A stretch of DNA of 40,839 nucleotides from the NCBI GenBank assembly GCA_964631335.1, contig CAZVXD010000003.1:1-40839 (forward strand). Reading direction: 5' to 3'. Each line of letters begins with the position of its first letter. Positions within the stretch are counted from its first letter, which is position 1. Positions 25,150 through 33,207 of this stretch are shown here, in pieces. Below the pieces are notes generated by a model. It searched no databases and had not been told where the DNA came from. It saw only the letters and a list, made by a program, of their open reading frames with translations. This DNA comes from an uncultured bacterium. GTDB lineage: Bacteria > Hydrothermota > UBA3072. Made by a program: the position numbers and the translations under genes.

Positions 25150-25794
25150 TTATTCTAAGGCTCCCTTTATTTTATCTAAAAATACCTCGGGCGGAACGTT
25201 TCCCACAAACCCTGTTTTGTCATTAGCGATTATATGCGGTACACTTGAAACCCCTTGTTCTATCGAGAGTTCCCTGAAATAATTAGCGTCGACCATGGAA
25301 GCTTTTATGTTTTGATTTACCAGAGAAAACTGATGCGCTGTTCTGACCGCGCCGGGACAGTATGGACAACCATGAGTTATAAAAACTTTGATATCGATGG
25401 GCTTTTCTATTTTTTTCAAATCTTTTATCACATCTTCCGGTAGAGATAGGTTTTCTGAGCCCATGTCTTTTATCGCTTCTACTAAAGAAATAAATTCATG
25501 CCCCGCGGGAACTCCGTAAAAATTCATAAAACCCATTCTGTCGGATTTTATCTTGATAGAAGGGCAAAGCGTTAATTCTTCTTCCTTCATCTTATCCTCG
25601 TCCCCGCAATTTTCAGTTACCAGAGATAAATTTTCATTCAGAGACGCGAGTTCTTCTAACAATTCCATTGTTTGTTTTGAATATTCGGATTCGTCTTTGG
25701 TTTTTTTGAAATAGCGGATGATAACTTTCCGTTTTAGATTATTGTTAAACTCTTCTTTTAAGTATTTACTGTCTTCTTCACTTATTAAACCCAT
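25150..25794 (-). CDS. Two-domain glutaredoxin-like protein (protein disulfide oxidoreductase/PDO-like)
   Basis: 214 aa, with two thioredoxin-fold halves. The C-terminal half carries GCPYCPGAVR. The N-terminal half has only a single Cys (TLCPSIK). Confidence 0.7.
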   Translation of the reverse strand: MGLISEEDSKYLKEEFNNNLKRKVIIRYFKKTKDESEYSKQTMELLEELASLNENLSLVTENCGDEDKMKEEELTLCPSIKIKSDRMGFMNFYGVPAGHEFISLVEAIKDMGSENLSLPEDVIKDLKKIEKPIDIKVFITHGCPYCPGAVRTAHQFSLVNQNIKASMVDANYFRELSIEQGVSSVPHIIANDKTGFVGNVPPEVFLDKIKGALE

Positions 25795-25814
25795 TTTTTA
25801 CTCCTATTTCTTGA

Positions 25815-25842
25815 ACAGTATGCACTTTGTTTTAAATGTCAA
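25815..25842 (-). promoter_or_regulatory. Sigma70-like promoter of the redox operon
   Basis: Minus strand reads TTGACA (25842-25837), 16 nt, TACTGT (25820-25815), then a leader with SD AGGAG before ATG 25794. Confidence 0.45.
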
Positions 25843-25974
25843 GAGGTCACAGCGGTTTGCCAACTTCCCAAAATTTTTACCTTAATACACTTAAAAGCAT
25901 TTATTGCAAAGCACGTAAAAAATTATACGCGGAAAAATTATTCTTGAATATTTTGCAAATCAGATGAATTTCTG

Positions 25975-26175
25975 TTCGAGAAAGACGTGGTCGATTTCCC
26001 CGGCGAGGAAATTGCCACTCGGCTCTCGGGTTCACTCCTCTTGAAATACAAGTATTTTAAGAGACCATGCCCGCTCACCCTCCGAGACGCTTTCCTGAAC
26101 AGCAATTCCGCTGATTTTTATCTGTGGCATTATTAAAAAAATGGAGGGTGGCAGATCACAGTGGTATTGCCGAAG
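25975..26175. ncRNA. GC-rich, stem-rich island; candidate structured RNA of unknown class
   Basis: Clearly more G+C-rich than the flanking spacer. Near-perfect 12-bp palindrome at 26038-26063. 8-bp pairing caccctcc (26076-83) with ggagggtg (26143-50). Repeated tgccac/gtggca complements. If read as codons, third positions are C/G-rich, unlike the neighbouring genes. Strand undetermined. Confidence 0.3.
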
Positions 26176-26318
26176 ATTTAAGGTTTTGGATTTATGATTA
26201 TTACAATTTTGGATTTCGAGTGTTGAACGGTGTTAATTTTAAAAAAACAAAAACTTTGAATCTTTTTTCTCTTTCGTGTATTTTTTAAACACAGATTTAA
26301 AAGGAGTTGTGGGGAAAT

Positions 26319-27125
26319 TTATTTTTTGCTAATTTTGTCCGCGATTTTTTTCAAAGCTTTGGTTGCGGGAGAATCGGGAAAGTTTTCGACATAAAGTACT
26401 CCTTTATCGGCGGCTTTAACTATTTCCGGATCTATAGGAATTGCTCCTAAAAAAGGCAGGTCCATCTCTTTTGCGAGCTTTTCGCCTCCGCCTTCTTTGA
26501 ATAAAGGAATTTCTTTCCCGCAATGAGGGCATCTAAGACCGCTCATGTTTTCCACTATACCCAGTAAATCCAGATTTAATTTGCGGACAAAATCTATAGA
26601 TTTCTTCACGTCCAGAATAGAGATTTCCTGTGGGGTGGTTACTATGACCGCGCTGCTCGCGGGTACCAGTTGTGCCATCGATAGGGGTTCGTCTCCGGTG
26701 CCCGGAGGCGAATCGACGATTAGCCAATCCAGTTTACCCCAATTAATATCCCGGAGAAACTGCTGAATCACTTTTATTTTTAAAGGTCCTCTCCATATAA
26801 TAGCCTGGTTTTCTTCCGGCAGTAAAAATGCCATGGAAACAAGCTTGAGGTTTTCTGATATACGGACCGGTTCGATTCTTTCCTCCCCGGGACTCTGAAG
26901 TTTTTCTTTATCTACACCTAACATCTTGGGGAGATTGGGCCCGTGGATATCTATGTCCAGCAAGCCTATTTTTTTTCCTTTTTCGGCTAACGAAAGCGCG
27001 AGGTTGCTGGCGACAGTACTTTTGCCAACCCCTCCCTTACCGCTGATTACCATTACAATTTTGTTTACTTCACTTAAATTTTTTGTTATTGCTTCGTTCT
27101 GATTATCTGAACCCGTATTTTGCAT
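26319..27125 (-). CDS. apbC: Mrp/ApbC/NBP35-family Fe-S cluster carrier ATPase
   Basis: 268 aa. Deviant Walker A GKGGVGKST, a DxPPGTGD motif, and CPHCG cluster-ligand Cys residues. Confidence 0.9.
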   Translation of the reverse strand: MQNTGSDNQNEAITKNLSEVNKIVMVISGKGGVGKSTVASNLALSLAEKGKKIGLLDIDIHGPNLPKMLGVDKEKLQSPGEERIEPVRISENLKLVSMAFLLPEENQAIIWRGPLKIKVIQQFLRDINWGKLDWLIVDSPPGTGDEPLSMAQLVPASSAVIVTTPQEISILDVKKSIDFVRKLNLDLLGIVENMSGLRCPHCGKEIPLFKEGGGEKLAKEMDLPFLGAIPIDPEIVKAADKGVLYVENFPDSPATKALKKIADKISKK

Positions 27126-27183
27126 TTGGCCCCCTTTGCCTTTGGGATTAAGTTTATATTTTTTTTAGTAATTGGCAATCCCC

Positions 27184-27211
27184 TTGACATAATTTGATTA
27201 TTAATTATTCT
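27184..27211 (+). promoter_or_regulatory. Sigma70-like promoter
   Basis: TTGACA (27184-89), 16 nt, TATTCT (27206-11). SD AAGGAGG precedes ATG 27235. Confidence 0.4.
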
Positions 27212-27234
27212 TACGACAAACAAAAGGAGGCTAA

Positions 27235-27747
27235 ATGAACAGAGTTACTCTAAGAATTTTCGATGTACTTATAATTATTGCCTTTTTGGGTTTATTATAT
27301 ATTTTGATCGAGCCACAGTATCAAAATGCGAAAAAAGTCGCCAAAGAGAGATATTTACAGTCAAATATGTATACAGTTAAAGCGGCTATAGAAAGGTATA
27401 GAGCCTTCAATATGGGGACGATACCCTTTTCATTGGATACAATATATTCACAAATCGAAGCTCTCGAAGTTCCGTTAAATCCTTATACCGAGAACAAGAT
27501 GGGAATCTCTGATCTGAATAAATTCCTGTATGATGTTCCCTCGCAAATCGAAAGTACAGATACTGCCGGTTATCATGCGGATTTACGGGGAAACCCGGGA
27601 GAAATAATGATCGGGTTTTTTATAGGCGTTTTTGAAGAAGAAGATACGGTTACCAGAGATTATGGCATAATAGGATTTAACGAAGAGGGGAAACCTCTTA
27701 CTATAAAGGAAGGAGAAAAAGTCAGGATAGTAGTACTCGAAGAGTAA
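27235..27747 (+). CDS. Membrane-anchored protein with a pilin-like N-terminal helix (no canonical prepilin cleavage motif)
   Basis: 170 aa. IFDVLIIIAFLGLLYILIEPQYQNAKKVAKE resembles the type IV pilin/pseudopilin alpha-1 helix, but G-1/F+1/E+5 are not conserved. Confidence 0.4.
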   Translation: MNRVTLRIFDVLIIIAFLGLLYILIEPQYQNAKKVAKERYLQSNMYTVKAAIERYRAFNMGTIPFSLDTIYSQIEALEVPLNPYTENKMGISDLNKFLYDVPSQIESTDTAGYHADLRGNPGEIMIGFFIGVFEEEDTVTRDYGIIGFNEEGKPLTIKEGEKVRIVVLEE

Positions 27748-27757
27748 GTGTAACTGT

Positions 27758-28636
27758 TTGGAACTTTTAAAACCTGAAGTTTTAGAAAAAGTCAGAGCCC
27801 TGAACCTCAGGGCAAAAATTGTTGTCAAAGGGTTTTTAACGGGTTTACATGAAAGCCCTTATCATGGTTTCTCTTTAGAATTTAAACAGCACCGACCATA
27901 CTATAAGGGAGATCCAATCAACAAAATCAACTGGAAATTGTACGCGAGAACCGAGCGATTTTATATAAAAAAGTATCAGGCTGAAACAAATTTGTCTTCC
28001 TTTCTTTTGTTGGATAAGAGCAATTCTATGGGATTCGGAGAAAAAATCTCAAAATTTCATTACGCCCGTACACTTGCTGCTTCTCTGGCCTATTTGTTGC
28101 TTAAGCAAAATGATTCGGTAGGGCTGGTCCTTTTCGATTCGGATGTTAAATCATTTATACCTCCGAGAAGCCGTACGAGTCATCTGAAGCATCTTTTGGG
28201 AACTTTGAGTAAAAATGAGCCGTCGGGGGAAACTTCTGTTTCAAGCGCGCTTTTTCAATTGGCTCCTTTGATAAAAAAGAGAAGTCTATGTATCTTGTTT
28301 TCCGATTTACTCGAAGAGCCGGAAAAAATTATCAAAAGTATAAATGTAATGAAAGCGAAGAAACACGAGTTTATTGTTTTTCAAATTCTCGATAAAAAAG
28401 AATTGGATTTTCCCTATCGTGGTGAGTCTATTTTTAAAGATATGGAAAATTCGAGAACTATTCAGGCGGATCCTGAGAGCCTGAGGGTTTTCTATAAGGA
28501 TAGATTCGATCGATTTATTTCGAGTTATAAGAACGGCTTCGCTCCTCATCACATAGACTATTTTTTGGTTACGACCGATATACCTTATGATAAGGCACTT
28601 ACAGAATTTCTCGAGAAGAGGAAAAGACTTTCATGA
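27758..28636 (+). CDS. DUF58 family protein (vWA-like, usually MoxR-associated)
   Basis: 292 aa. HESPYHGFSLEFKQHRPYYKGDPINKINWKLYARTERFYIKKYQAETN is the DUF58 core. TTG start. Confidence 0.85.
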   Translation: MELLKPEVLEKVRALNLRAKIVVKGFLTGLHESPYHGFSLEFKQHRPYYKGDPINKINWKLYARTERFYIKKYQAETNLSSFLLLDKSNSMGFGEKISKFHYARTLAASLAYLLLKQNDSVGLVLFDSDVKSFIPPRSRTSHLKHLLGTLSKNEPSGETSVSSALFQLAPLIKKRSLCILFSDLLEEPEKIIKSINVMKAKKHEFIVFQILDKKELDFPYRGESIFKDMENSRTIQADPESLRVFYKDRFDRFISSYKNGFAPHHIDYFLVTTDIPYDKALTEFLEKRKRLS

Positions 28637-30255
28637 GCTTTCCCGCCTTTCTTTTGCTTTTGCCTCTTATTATAGTCCCCATATTAATGCATCTTATATC
28701 CAGAAAAAAGCTCAAAAGGATCGAATTCCCTACATTGCTTTTTTTTGTAAAAAATGAAGTAAAATTTATCAGGTGGTTTCGTTTAAAAAGGTTGCTTCTG
28801 CTGTTGGTACGTATTTCTTTGTTGGTATTTTTAATTTTTGCTGCCGCAAATCTGAAGATACCTTTCAAAGCTTTTGATCTCTGTGAAACCGTGATTGTCG
28901 ACAATTCTCCTTCGATGAGGAGTTCAAAGATGGGGAAGAAAAATGCTTTTATTGTGCCTGATTATTCGGGTATTCCTCAATTTTCGCTTTTTCTGAAAAA
29001 ATACCCAATCGGAATTTTAATCACCGACGCTCAAAAAAACGGGTTTTCCGAAATTTTAAGAAAAGGAGAAAAGTTCCCCGGGATAAGAATTAGCAGGAAA
29101 GATCTCCCGCCGGGAAATCTCGGTATAGTGGGTGTTTCTCTGGGTCCGGCTTTTGAAGGGGAAAATTTTATTGCTAAATTTAAAATTCTAAATGAATATA
29201 GAGAGAAGAAAAGAACGCTGCTGGTCTTAAAAAGCAAAAACAGGATTATAGACAAAAAAGAAGTGGTGTTAAAGGAAGGAGAAAATTTATTATCCTCCGA
29301 AATAAAACTTTCGAAAGGTTTGTACGCTTTGTCTCTCGAGCTCGAAGATAAAGAAGGTTTTATTTTTGACAATAAGTTTTATTTTGTGGTAAACGTGAGA
29401 AAGAAAGAAAATGTTTGTATTCTTTCGGATAGCTTTCCTGAGCGTCTTATGGCAGCGCTTTCAAACGACTACTTTAATGTTAGATGGGTCAGGGATCCCT
29501 CAGATGTAGATGGTGATTTATTTTTTGCTTGCGACCTTGAAGAACAAGATTTTTTGGGTTTGATTCACGGCAAGGTACCCGGCGTTTTTTGTCTGCAGGG
29601 TAAAACCAATAGTCCCTTTTCAAATAAAATTCCGGAAAAAATTTCTCCTGTAATCGAGGAATCTTTTTTGGGAGATCCGTTTTATTTGAAAAACTTAAAA
29701 GACATTCCTATAAGATATAATTCCATAATCACCGAAGGTGAGACAATAATGTATTTTGAAAACGGAGATCCCTTTCTAAGCAGAATAAAAAACCATCTTA
29801 TTTTGCCGATTTCGCCGGAAAAGAATGATTTTTCTCTGCATCCTGTTTTTATCCCTTTCCTTTTCAGTCTTATTGACTTTTTATCGGATAACACTATCCA
29901 TGCTAATGTTTTATCGGATGAGAAAATAGTAATGTATAGTACATTCGAGCCTGTGGTTATAGATCCTGAAGGCTTTGAGTACAAACCACATCCGGTGGGT
30001 GAAAGCCGTTATATATTTGAGGAAACTAAAAGGGTTGGGATTTACAGAGTCATGAACGGAAATTTCCTCAGAGGTTTAATTGCCGTAAACTCGCATCCGT
30101 CCGAATCTGAAATAGAAAGTCTTTCCGACGAGGAAATTGCTTATATTTTCGGAAAACAGAGTTTTTTTAACGGAACCAGTTTCTTTCTTGTTGTTTGTTT
30201 TTTATGCTTTGCCCTGTCGGTTCTTCTGGAAAGAACAATTCTTCGAGTCCAATAA
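28633..30255 (+). CDS. BatA-like protein: N-terminal double-TM aerotolerance domain, degenerate vWA region, C-terminal TM anchor
   Basis: 540 aa. MSFPAFLLLLPLIIVPILMHLISRKKLKRIEFPTLLFF (BatA_N type), DxSxS-like VDNSPSM, terminal hydrophobic helix. Confidence 0.6.
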   Translation: MSFPAFLLLLPLIIVPILMHLISRKKLKRIEFPTLLFFVKNEVKFIRWFRLKRLLLLLVRISLLVFLIFAAANLKIPFKAFDLCETVIVDNSPSMRSSKMGKKNAFIVPDYSGIPQFSLFLKKYPIGILITDAQKNGFSEILRKGEKFPGIRISRKDLPPGNLGIVGVSLGPAFEGENFIAKFKILNEYREKKRTLLVLKSKNRIIDKKEVVLKEGENLLSSEIKLSKGLYALSLELEDKEGFIFDNKFYFVVNVRKKENVCILSDSFPERLMAALSNDYFNVRWVRDPSDVDGDLFFACDLEEQDFLGLIHGKVPGVFCLQGKTNSPFSNKIPEKISPVIEESFLGDPFYLKNLKDIPIRYNSIITEGETIMYFENGDPFLSRIKNHLILPISPEKNDFSLHPVFIPFLFSLIDFLSDNTIHANVLSDEKIVMYSTFEPVVIDPEGFEYKPHPVGESRYIFEETKRVGIYRVMNGNFLRGLIAVNSHPSESEIESLSDEEIAYIFGKQSFFNGTSFFLVVCFLCFALSVLLERTILRVQ

Positions 30256-30996
30256 AGCAAATATCTCTTTTTCGATTTCCTTTTCGATCAAATTTTCAAG
30301 ACTGTCCGTGTCAGCCTTTCCTTTGTCCCTTTCATCCTTGAGCCTGGCGCTTTCCAGAAGCAAATAATGCAGAGGAGTATCTATTGTTTTTTCCGTTTTT
30401 CTGCATTTGGATAGTATATCTATTTCGGCTTTTTCCAAAGATAAAAGCTCTAAAGCCGCTTCCGTTCCGGTTTTTTCCGCGTTTTTAGCTCCTATCAGGG
30501 CCCCGTCTGAAAAATACAAATATCCTTTTTTTTCACCATTCTCAATTTCTAAGGTGCATGTTTTTGATTCTATTTCTATAAGCTGCAAAAAAGACGGAAG
30601 AGAGAACCCTCTTATGTGCCCTTCGGTTTCGGATCTAAGCCCATCCAGTATTTTATCTTCTAATTCCTTGATGTCGAAAGGTTTCTCAAGATAAAGGAAA
30701 GCATTTAATTTCTTGAGTCTTTCTTCGATCTGCGGCGTACCGAAAGAAGTCATTACTATAACCGGAATACCCGGGTGTTTTTTGCTCATATAAGCCAGCA
30801 GTTCAAGACCGTCCATTACCGGCATGCCTATATCTGTTACCACCAGATCGATTTCGTTTGAGTTGAGGGAATCCGCAGCCTCTTTACCGTTTTCGGCGAC
30901 GTGGATTTTTAGCTCATCATTATAGCTATGCGTAAGATAAGATTTGATTGTTTCAAGTGTTGGCTTGAAATCATCCACAATAAGTACTTCTTTCAT
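30202..30996 (-). CDS. Response regulator: receiver domain fused to a DUF4388/PATAN domain
   Basis: 264 aa. REC motifs (VDD..., VVTDIGMPVMDG, MTSFG, KPF). C-terminal FSLPSFLQLIEIESKTCTLEI...GYLYFSDGALIGA matches DUF4388. No DNA-binding output domain. Confidence 0.8.
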   Translation of the reverse strand: MKEVLIVDDFKPTLETIKSYLTHSYNDELKIHVAENGKEAADSLNSNEIDLVVTDIGMPVMDGLELLAYMSKKHPGIPVIVMTSFGTPQIEERLKKLNAFLYLEKPFDIKELEDKILDGLRSETEGHIRGFSLPSFLQLIEIESKTCTLEIENGEKKGYLYFSDGALIGAKNAEKTGTEAALELLSLEKAEIDILSKCRKTEKTIDTPLHYLLLESARLKDERDKGKADTDSLENLIEKEIEKEIFALLDSKNCSFQKNRQGKA

Positions 30997-31155
30997 ACTT
31001 AATAATACACTACAAAAATTGTTCCAAAGGTTAAGAACCTGTATCCCAGACTTGTAGGATTTGCTATGGCCGAAATCGAGTAAAATTTTTATTGTATAGG
31101 TAAATTGAATTTTACATACGTTGCGTAGCCGGGTTTTTTTGTTAAATTAAAAAAT

Positions 31156-32868
31156 ATGGTTTATTTTAATCTTTTGTTGTTTATTTTTTGCTTTTCTGAC
31201 GCCGAAATTAAGTGGCCCCTCCCTGAAAGGAAAGGGCTTACTTCTTCTTTCGGAGAATGGAGGGATGGGCATCTTCACGCGGGCATAGATCTTCCTATAG
31301 CCAGAGTTGGGGATAAGGTCTATTCTGTCTGCGATGGATGGGTGATGAGGATCAGGACTTCTCCCTGGGGTTACGGTAAAGCGGTTTATATAAAGAATAG
31401 TAACGGAGAAGTTTTTGTTTATGCTCATCTTGATTCTTTTTTCGAAGAATTAGACAGAAGAGTCAGGAAAGAACAGTTGAGGAGACTCTCTTACGGGGTA
31501 GATATGTGGTTCAGGGAAGGTGAAATTCCGGTTCAGAATGGAGAAGTAATCGCTTATGCCGGGCGTTCAGGTTGTTCTGCTCCGCATCTGCATTTTGAAA
31601 TGAGAGATAAAAACAATAGTCCCGTCGACCCTTTTGTGCGGGGTTTTGATGTTCTGGATACTATTCCGCCGGTAATTAATACGATTCGTTTGGTTCCCCT
31701 TGACGAATCTTCGAGAGTTTTTGGTTCCCATTCAGGAAAAGTATTAGAAATTAAAGAAGGTATGGTTTCTGTTTATATCGAAGGCAGGGCAGGCATAGAA
31801 ATAGAAACTATTGATAGGGTTAATGAAAAATCAGGACGTCTTGGAGTCAAAGAAATAAAATTGTATAAAAATGGTTTATTGATTAGAAAAGAATTTGTGG
31901 ATAGATTTTCTTATACAAATTACAACGATTCCAGGTTCCTTTTCAATTTTGAATATAGAGTAAGAACAGGCAGAAAATTAAGAAGATTATTTACGGTTCC
32001 GGGAAACGGGTTTGCTTTTTATCAGGGTGGTAATGGGTTTATAAACGAGAAAGACACAGGTAAATTTGCAATTGAGGTTTATGATGGTGCCGGGAATATG
32101 AATAGTTTGATTTTGGAATTGCTGGATTCTGCGGAATGCGTGAGTGTCAAGCCGGACGATTTCCCTGACGAAAGAATAATTTTTGAAACAAATGGATTTC
32201 AGGTTTACGGTAAATGGTTTGATTTGAAAAAAACCAAAGAATTTTTGAATTCGGGTGATTCGATAGTCATCTGGAATTTTTTAAAGCGGAAATTTAGGAG
32301 GCTCGAGTCTCCTGATAGCAGTTGTCAGATAATTCTAAACGAAGGGGAAACAATAAACACTAATCTGATAGCGGTCAGGACAAAATCCGGGGAAGAAAAC
32401 ACGTGGAGTTGGGAACCACCCATCCCTTTTAGAAGAAAGGTTAAAATTAAAGTAAAGATTCCCTCTGACAACAAATTCGTTTCTCTATATGAAAAGAATG
32501 GGTCGCAGTGGAGCTTTTGTTCTTCAAAAAAGGAAGGAGAATATCTGGTAGATTTTGTAGATCATCTGGGGATTTTTGGCTTAAGGGAAGATTCTCTGCC
32601 TCCTGTCGTTTCTTTAAATAAAAAATACTTTTCTTCAAAAGTTCCGCTGATGATTAATGTGTGGGATTCCGTCTCGGGAGTAAATTTCCATTCTATAAAA
32701 ACTTTTATCGACGATAAGCAAACCGTTTTCAGGTATGACCCTCAGAAGAAAAGATTGATTTTCGAGTATCCCGGAGAGGTGACTGCGGGTAAACACATAT
32801 TAAAACTTTCATTAAGTGACAGACAGGGGAACGAAATCTCTAAGGAATGGGAGGTTGTGAAGAGGTAA
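31156..32868 (+). CDS. M23 family metallopeptidase with a large C-terminal beta-rich extension
   Basis: 570 aa. HLHAGIDL and APHLHFEMRD metal-binding motifs. The C-terminal end (GKHILKLSLSDRQGNE) is Ig-like. Confidence 0.8.
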   Translation: MVYFNLLLFIFCFSDAEIKWPLPERKGLTSSFGEWRDGHLHAGIDLPIARVGDKVYSVCDGWVMRIRTSPWGYGKAVYIKNSNGEVFVYAHLDSFFEELDRRVRKEQLRRLSYGVDMWFREGEIPVQNGEVIAYAGRSGCSAPHLHFEMRDKNNSPVDPFVRGFDVLDTIPPVINTIRLVPLDESSRVFGSHSGKVLEIKEGMVSVYIEGRAGIEIETIDRVNEKSGRLGVKEIKLYKNGLLIRKEFVDRFSYTNYNDSRFLFNFEYRVRTGRKLRRLFTVPGNGFAFYQGGNGFINEKDTGKFAIEVYDGAGNMNSLILELLDSAECVSVKPDDFPDERIIFETNGFQVYGKWFDLKKTKEFLNSGDSIVIWNFLKRKFRRLESPDSSCQIILNEGETINTNLIAVRTKSGEENTWSWEPPIPFRRKVKIKVKIPSDNKFVSLYEKNGSQWSFCSSKKEGEYLVDFVDHLGIFGLREDSLPPVVSLNKKYFSSKVPLMINVWDSVSGVNFHSIKTFIDDKQTVFRYDPQKKRLIFEYPGEVTAGKHILKLSLSDRQGNEISKEWEVVKR

Positions 32869-32945
32869 GCGTTTTTTCTAATTGGATTATAAGTGTTGGA
32901 TTTTAGCAGTTAAGTATGTCGTTGTGTTTCTTATTCATTTGGAAA

Positions 32946-33155
32946 TTAAATATTAAAAAGCAAAAAGTAAAATGACAAATTAGGATTTAGGATTTGGGAT
33001 TTTGGATTTAGTAAAAAAACAAAAAGAAAATCTTTGTGCTCTTTGTGGTTCAATGATTCTTTTTGGGGTTGAGATGGGATTCTGTATTTTGACTTCTGGC
33101 TTCTGACTTCTCTGTTAAACTTTTACATTTTGATGTTTGATTTTTCAATTTTCGT
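32946..33155. repeat. In-phase degenerate heptanucleotide tandem arrays (clearest example)
   Basis: 30 consecutive 7-nt units in one phase: ttaaata ttaaaaa gcaaaaa gtaaaat gacaaat | taggatt taggatt tgggatt ttggatt | ... | cttctgg cttctga cttctct | gttaaac ttttaca ttttgat gtttgat ttttcaa ttttcgt. Confidence 0.8.
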
Positions 33156-33160
33156 GGCTC

Positions 33161-33188
33161 TTGACAACAAAATTATTTTATGTATCCT
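33161..33188 (+). promoter_or_regulatory. Sigma70-like promoter of the aspartate kinase gene
   Basis: TTGACA (33161-66), 16 nt, TATCCT (33183-88) preceded by TG. SD GGAGG precedes ATG 33208. The 15-mer GTGGCTCTTGACAAC is shared with the sufC promoter. Confidence 0.45.
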
Positions 33189-33207
33189 AATTTCAAATGG
33201 AGGATAG

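Noticed and set aside
25975-26175. GC-rich island read as SRP RNA, a TPP or cobalamin riboswitch, or a small selenoprotein gene (minus-strand ORF MPQIKISG...FQEE-TGA-TREPSG...)
   Set aside because: There is no GGAA/AGCA domain IV core (SRP) and no CUGAGA...ACCUGAUCUGGAUAAUGCCAGCG arrangement (TPP). The region lies upstream of the operon promoter, not in a 5'UTR. The in-frame TGA has no CxxU/UxxC context and no convincing SECIS-like hairpin, and codon third positions are atypical for this genome.
30997-31155. GGAACAATTT motif on the minus strand upstream of the response regulator, as a third ECF-type promoter
   Set aside because: The sequence 18 nt downstream is TTAAG, not TCTAA, and it abuts the ATG, leaving no room for a transcription start. 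The 7-bp inverted repeat gtaaaat/attttac in the same spacer is too short to interpret.
32946-33155. Heptamer arrays read as a CRISPR array or as coding tandem repeats
   Set aside because: The units are 7 nt long and contiguous, with no 25-40-nt repeat/spacer alternation and no cas genes. All frames are full of stop codons.
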